Below the pieces are notes generated by a model that saw only the letters and a list, made by a program, of their open reading frames with translations, was not told the origin of the DNA and did not search any database. From an uncultured archaeon (lineage in GTDB: Archaea > Iainarchaeota > Iainarchaeia > Iainarchaeales > 0-14-0-20-30-16), in NCBI GenBank assembly GCA_964565125.1, contig CAZMCX010000009.1, positions 2,201 to 16,956 of the forward strand: 14,756 bases of DNA, in the 5' to 3' direction. The stretch's first letter is position 1; each line of letters begins with the position of its first letter. The position numbers were made by a program, and so were the translations under genes. This document shows positions 13,671 through 14,756 of this stretch, in pieces.

Positions 13671-14096
13671 ATGGTAGAACAATTTGTAATTAAAAAGCCA
13701 GACATTGAGAAAGGAAATTCAACAATCTACAATATTAATTATCATATTGTATTTTGTCCGAAGTATAGGAAAAAAATACTCAACAAATTCAAAGAGGACT
13801 TAGAATTAATATTCAAAGCTGTGTGCGAAGGTAGCGACTGGAAGATTTTAGAATTAAAGATTATGGAAGACCATATTCATTTGTTTGTTTCTTCGCATCC
13901 CCAAAGTTCTCCAATGGAAATGGTAAAGAAATTAAAAGGAATTTCGGCAAGGTTGATATTCAAGAAATATCCTGAACTAAAAAAAGAACTATGGGGAAAA
14001 CATCTTTGGGGTGGAGGGTATTATGTTGGAACAACAGGAGTTGTTACAAAAGAGGCAATACAAAAATACATTATAGCAAATTCATCCAACCTTTGA
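13671..14096 (+). CDS. tnpA: TnpA (IS200/IS605-family HUH Y1 transposase)
   Basis: YNINYHIVFCPKYRKKIL, HUH motif EDHIHLFVS, and a catalytic-Tyr region HLWGGGYYVGTTG...IQKYI. The ORF track starts at a GTG (13662). The ATG at 13671 is preferred, giving 141 aa. Confidence 0.92.
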   Translation: MVEQFVIKKPDIEKGNSTIYNINYHIVFCPKYRKKILNKFKEDLELIFKAVCEGSDWKILELKIMEDHIHLFVSSHPQSSPMEMVKKLKGISARLIFKKYPELKKELWGKHLWGGGYYVGTTGVVTKEAIQKYIIANSSNL

Positions 14097-14171
14097 AAAT
14101 GTTGGTTTTCTTTGCAAAGAGTTTATAAATATTTATGAGGAAAAAGATATTATTGATTTCTTTTGGAAATA

Positions 14172-14245
14172 GGGTTCGTAGCTCAGCTTGGTAGAGCACT
14201 GGCCTTTTAAGCCAGGTGTCCGGGGTCCGAATCCCCGCGAACTCA
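14172..14245 (+). tRNA. tRNA-Lys (anticodon UUU)
   Basis: Hand-folded cloverleaf. Acceptor gggttcg/cgaactc with a G2-U71 wobble. D arm gctc-agcttggta-gagc. Anticodon arm ctggc-ctTTTaa-gccag (TTT at 14206-14208). Variable loop gtgtc. T arm cgggg-tccgaat-ccccg. Discriminator A. No encoded CCA. Confidence 0.9.
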
Positions 14246-14254
14246 TGTTTTCTT

Positions 14255-14273
14255 GCCTTTTTTTGAAAAAGGC
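14255..14273 (+). terminator. Hairpin 3' of tRNA-Lys
   Basis: gccttttt / ttg / aaaaaggc forms a perfect 8-bp stem 10 nt after the tRNA end and is embedded in a T7 run. Confidence 0.4.
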
Positions 14274-14352
14274 TGGAAGGAATATATTTATAAATATTAA
14301 CAGCTATGTTTTATTAGGCTAAAAAGAATAATACTTATTTGGAGGGGTATAA

Positions 14353-14712
14353 ATGGCATTTATAGAAAAAATGTTAAAAAAATCAAAGTCAAAAGAAGTT
14401 GACATTGAAGACTTCCTAAACAATTTGGATGTTTCCGAAGAAGAAATGTACGATGATGCTGACGCATATGTTAAGCCAATGAGTTTAAAGGCAGATACTG
14501 ATTTAAAGTCTGTTGCTAAGGAACTAAAGGACGGAAACATAATTTTGTTGAATGTGGGGGACTTAGTTAAGAGAAGCCCAGTAAGATTAAAAGAGCAAAT
14601 GGCTAAGTTAAAGAGATTTGTTACTGAAATTGACGGAGATATTGCAAGAATTTCCGAAGAGCAAGTGATTTTAACTCCAACAAAAATAAAGATAATAAAG
14701 AGGAAGAAGTAA
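14353..14712 (+). CDS. sepF: SepF-like cell-division protein (archaeal FtsZ membrane anchor, DUF552-type)
   Basis: 119 aa. Amphipathic N-terminus MAFIEKMLKK. Acidic linker. Core YVKPMSLKADTDLKSVAKELKDGNIILLNVGDL...LKRFVTEIDGDIARISEEQVILTP matches the SepF pattern (conserved G..vil.l, then GGdi..i....l.tP). Strong SD GGAGG at 14341-14345. Confidence 0.7.
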   Translation: MAFIEKMLKKSKSKEVDIEDFLNNLDVSEEEMYDDADAYVKPMSLKADTDLKSVAKELKDGNIILLNVGDLVKRSPVRLKEQMAKLKRFVTEIDGDIARISEEQVILTPTKIKIIKRKK

Positions 14713-14730
14713 TTTTTCCTTGGACAAAGC

Positions 14731-14750
14731 GAATTTCCTGCGGGAAATTT
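14731..14750 (+). terminator. Hairpin downstream of the SepF-like gene
   Basis: aatttcc (14732-14738) pairs with ggaaatt (14743-14749) around loop tgcg, followed by tctttat. Confidence 0.4.
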
Positions 14751-14756
14751 CTTTAT

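Larger units (their letters stand above)
12442..14121. mobile_element. IS200/IS605-family insertion sequence (divergent tnpB / tnpA); ends approximate
   Basis: Divergent tnpB and tnpA are separated by about 65 bp. A size of about 1.7 kb is typical for the family. The outer limits are bounded by the mutS promoter (12433-12441) and the likely tRNA-Lys promoter (14122-14130). Subterminal palindromes lie at 12473-12492 and 14109-14120 (tctttgcaaaga). The exact cleavage sites are not determined. Confidence 0.6.

Noticed and set aside
4924-14245. Genomic island bounded by tRNA-Gly and tRNA-Lys
   Set aside because: I found no duplicated tRNA 3' segment (att-type direct repeat) and no integrase. The region mixes housekeeping (mutS) and accessory genes. 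Only the SLT gene shows a compositional anomaly.
14319-14540. Minus-strand ORF 14319..14540
   Set aside because: It lies antisense to the SepF-like gene, which has a strong SD and a recognisable domain. Its translation is Ser/Phe-rich filler.
1-14756. CRISPR arrays, rRNA genes, toxin-antitoxin pairs or known defence-system genes
   Set aside because: I saw no regularly spaced direct repeats and no rRNA-like G+C-rich blocks. No small adjacent gene pairs or recognisable defence domains were found. The only nuclease-type gene is the IS-borne tnpB.

Overview
AT-rich (about 25-30% G+C outside a few islands), gene-dense chromosomal segment that looks archaeal. It carries an Orc1/Cdc6 initiator, a SepF-like division protein, archaeal-style tRNAs, and TATA boxes about 25-27 nt upstream of ATGs, which implies leaderless mRNAs. 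The small genes and many anchored surface proteins fit a DPANN-like or other low-GC archaeon, but that is inference. Order of content: a 3-gene operon of membrane/surface proteins (first gene 5'-partial); cdc6 on the minus strand; a secreted transglutaminase-fold protein; tRNA-Gly(GCC); a secreted SLT-type lytic transglycosylase with clearly higher G+C; a 1260-aa surface protein with an N-terminal lipobox and a C-terminal TM; bacterial-type mutS; an IS200/IS605 element with divergent, apparently intact tnpB and tnpA; tRNA-Lys(UUU); and a SepF-like gene. No CRISPR array, rRNA or origin-recognition-box repeats were seen. Most interesting items: (1) the wall-hydrolase pair plus giant surface protein as a possible envelope-attack or host-contact locus; (2) the compositionally foreign SLT gene beside a tRNA; (3) the IS element wedged between the mutS start and tRNA-Lys, with an expected omega RNA and a 14-nt duplicate of the mutS start; (4) a 22-bp in-frame duplicate of the mutS 3' end flanking a hairpin; (5) a palindromic TATA shared by two divergent leaderless genes; (6) a family of CTTTT/AAAAG hairpins at gene and tRNA ends. 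All product calls come from motif recognition by eye; no database search was run.
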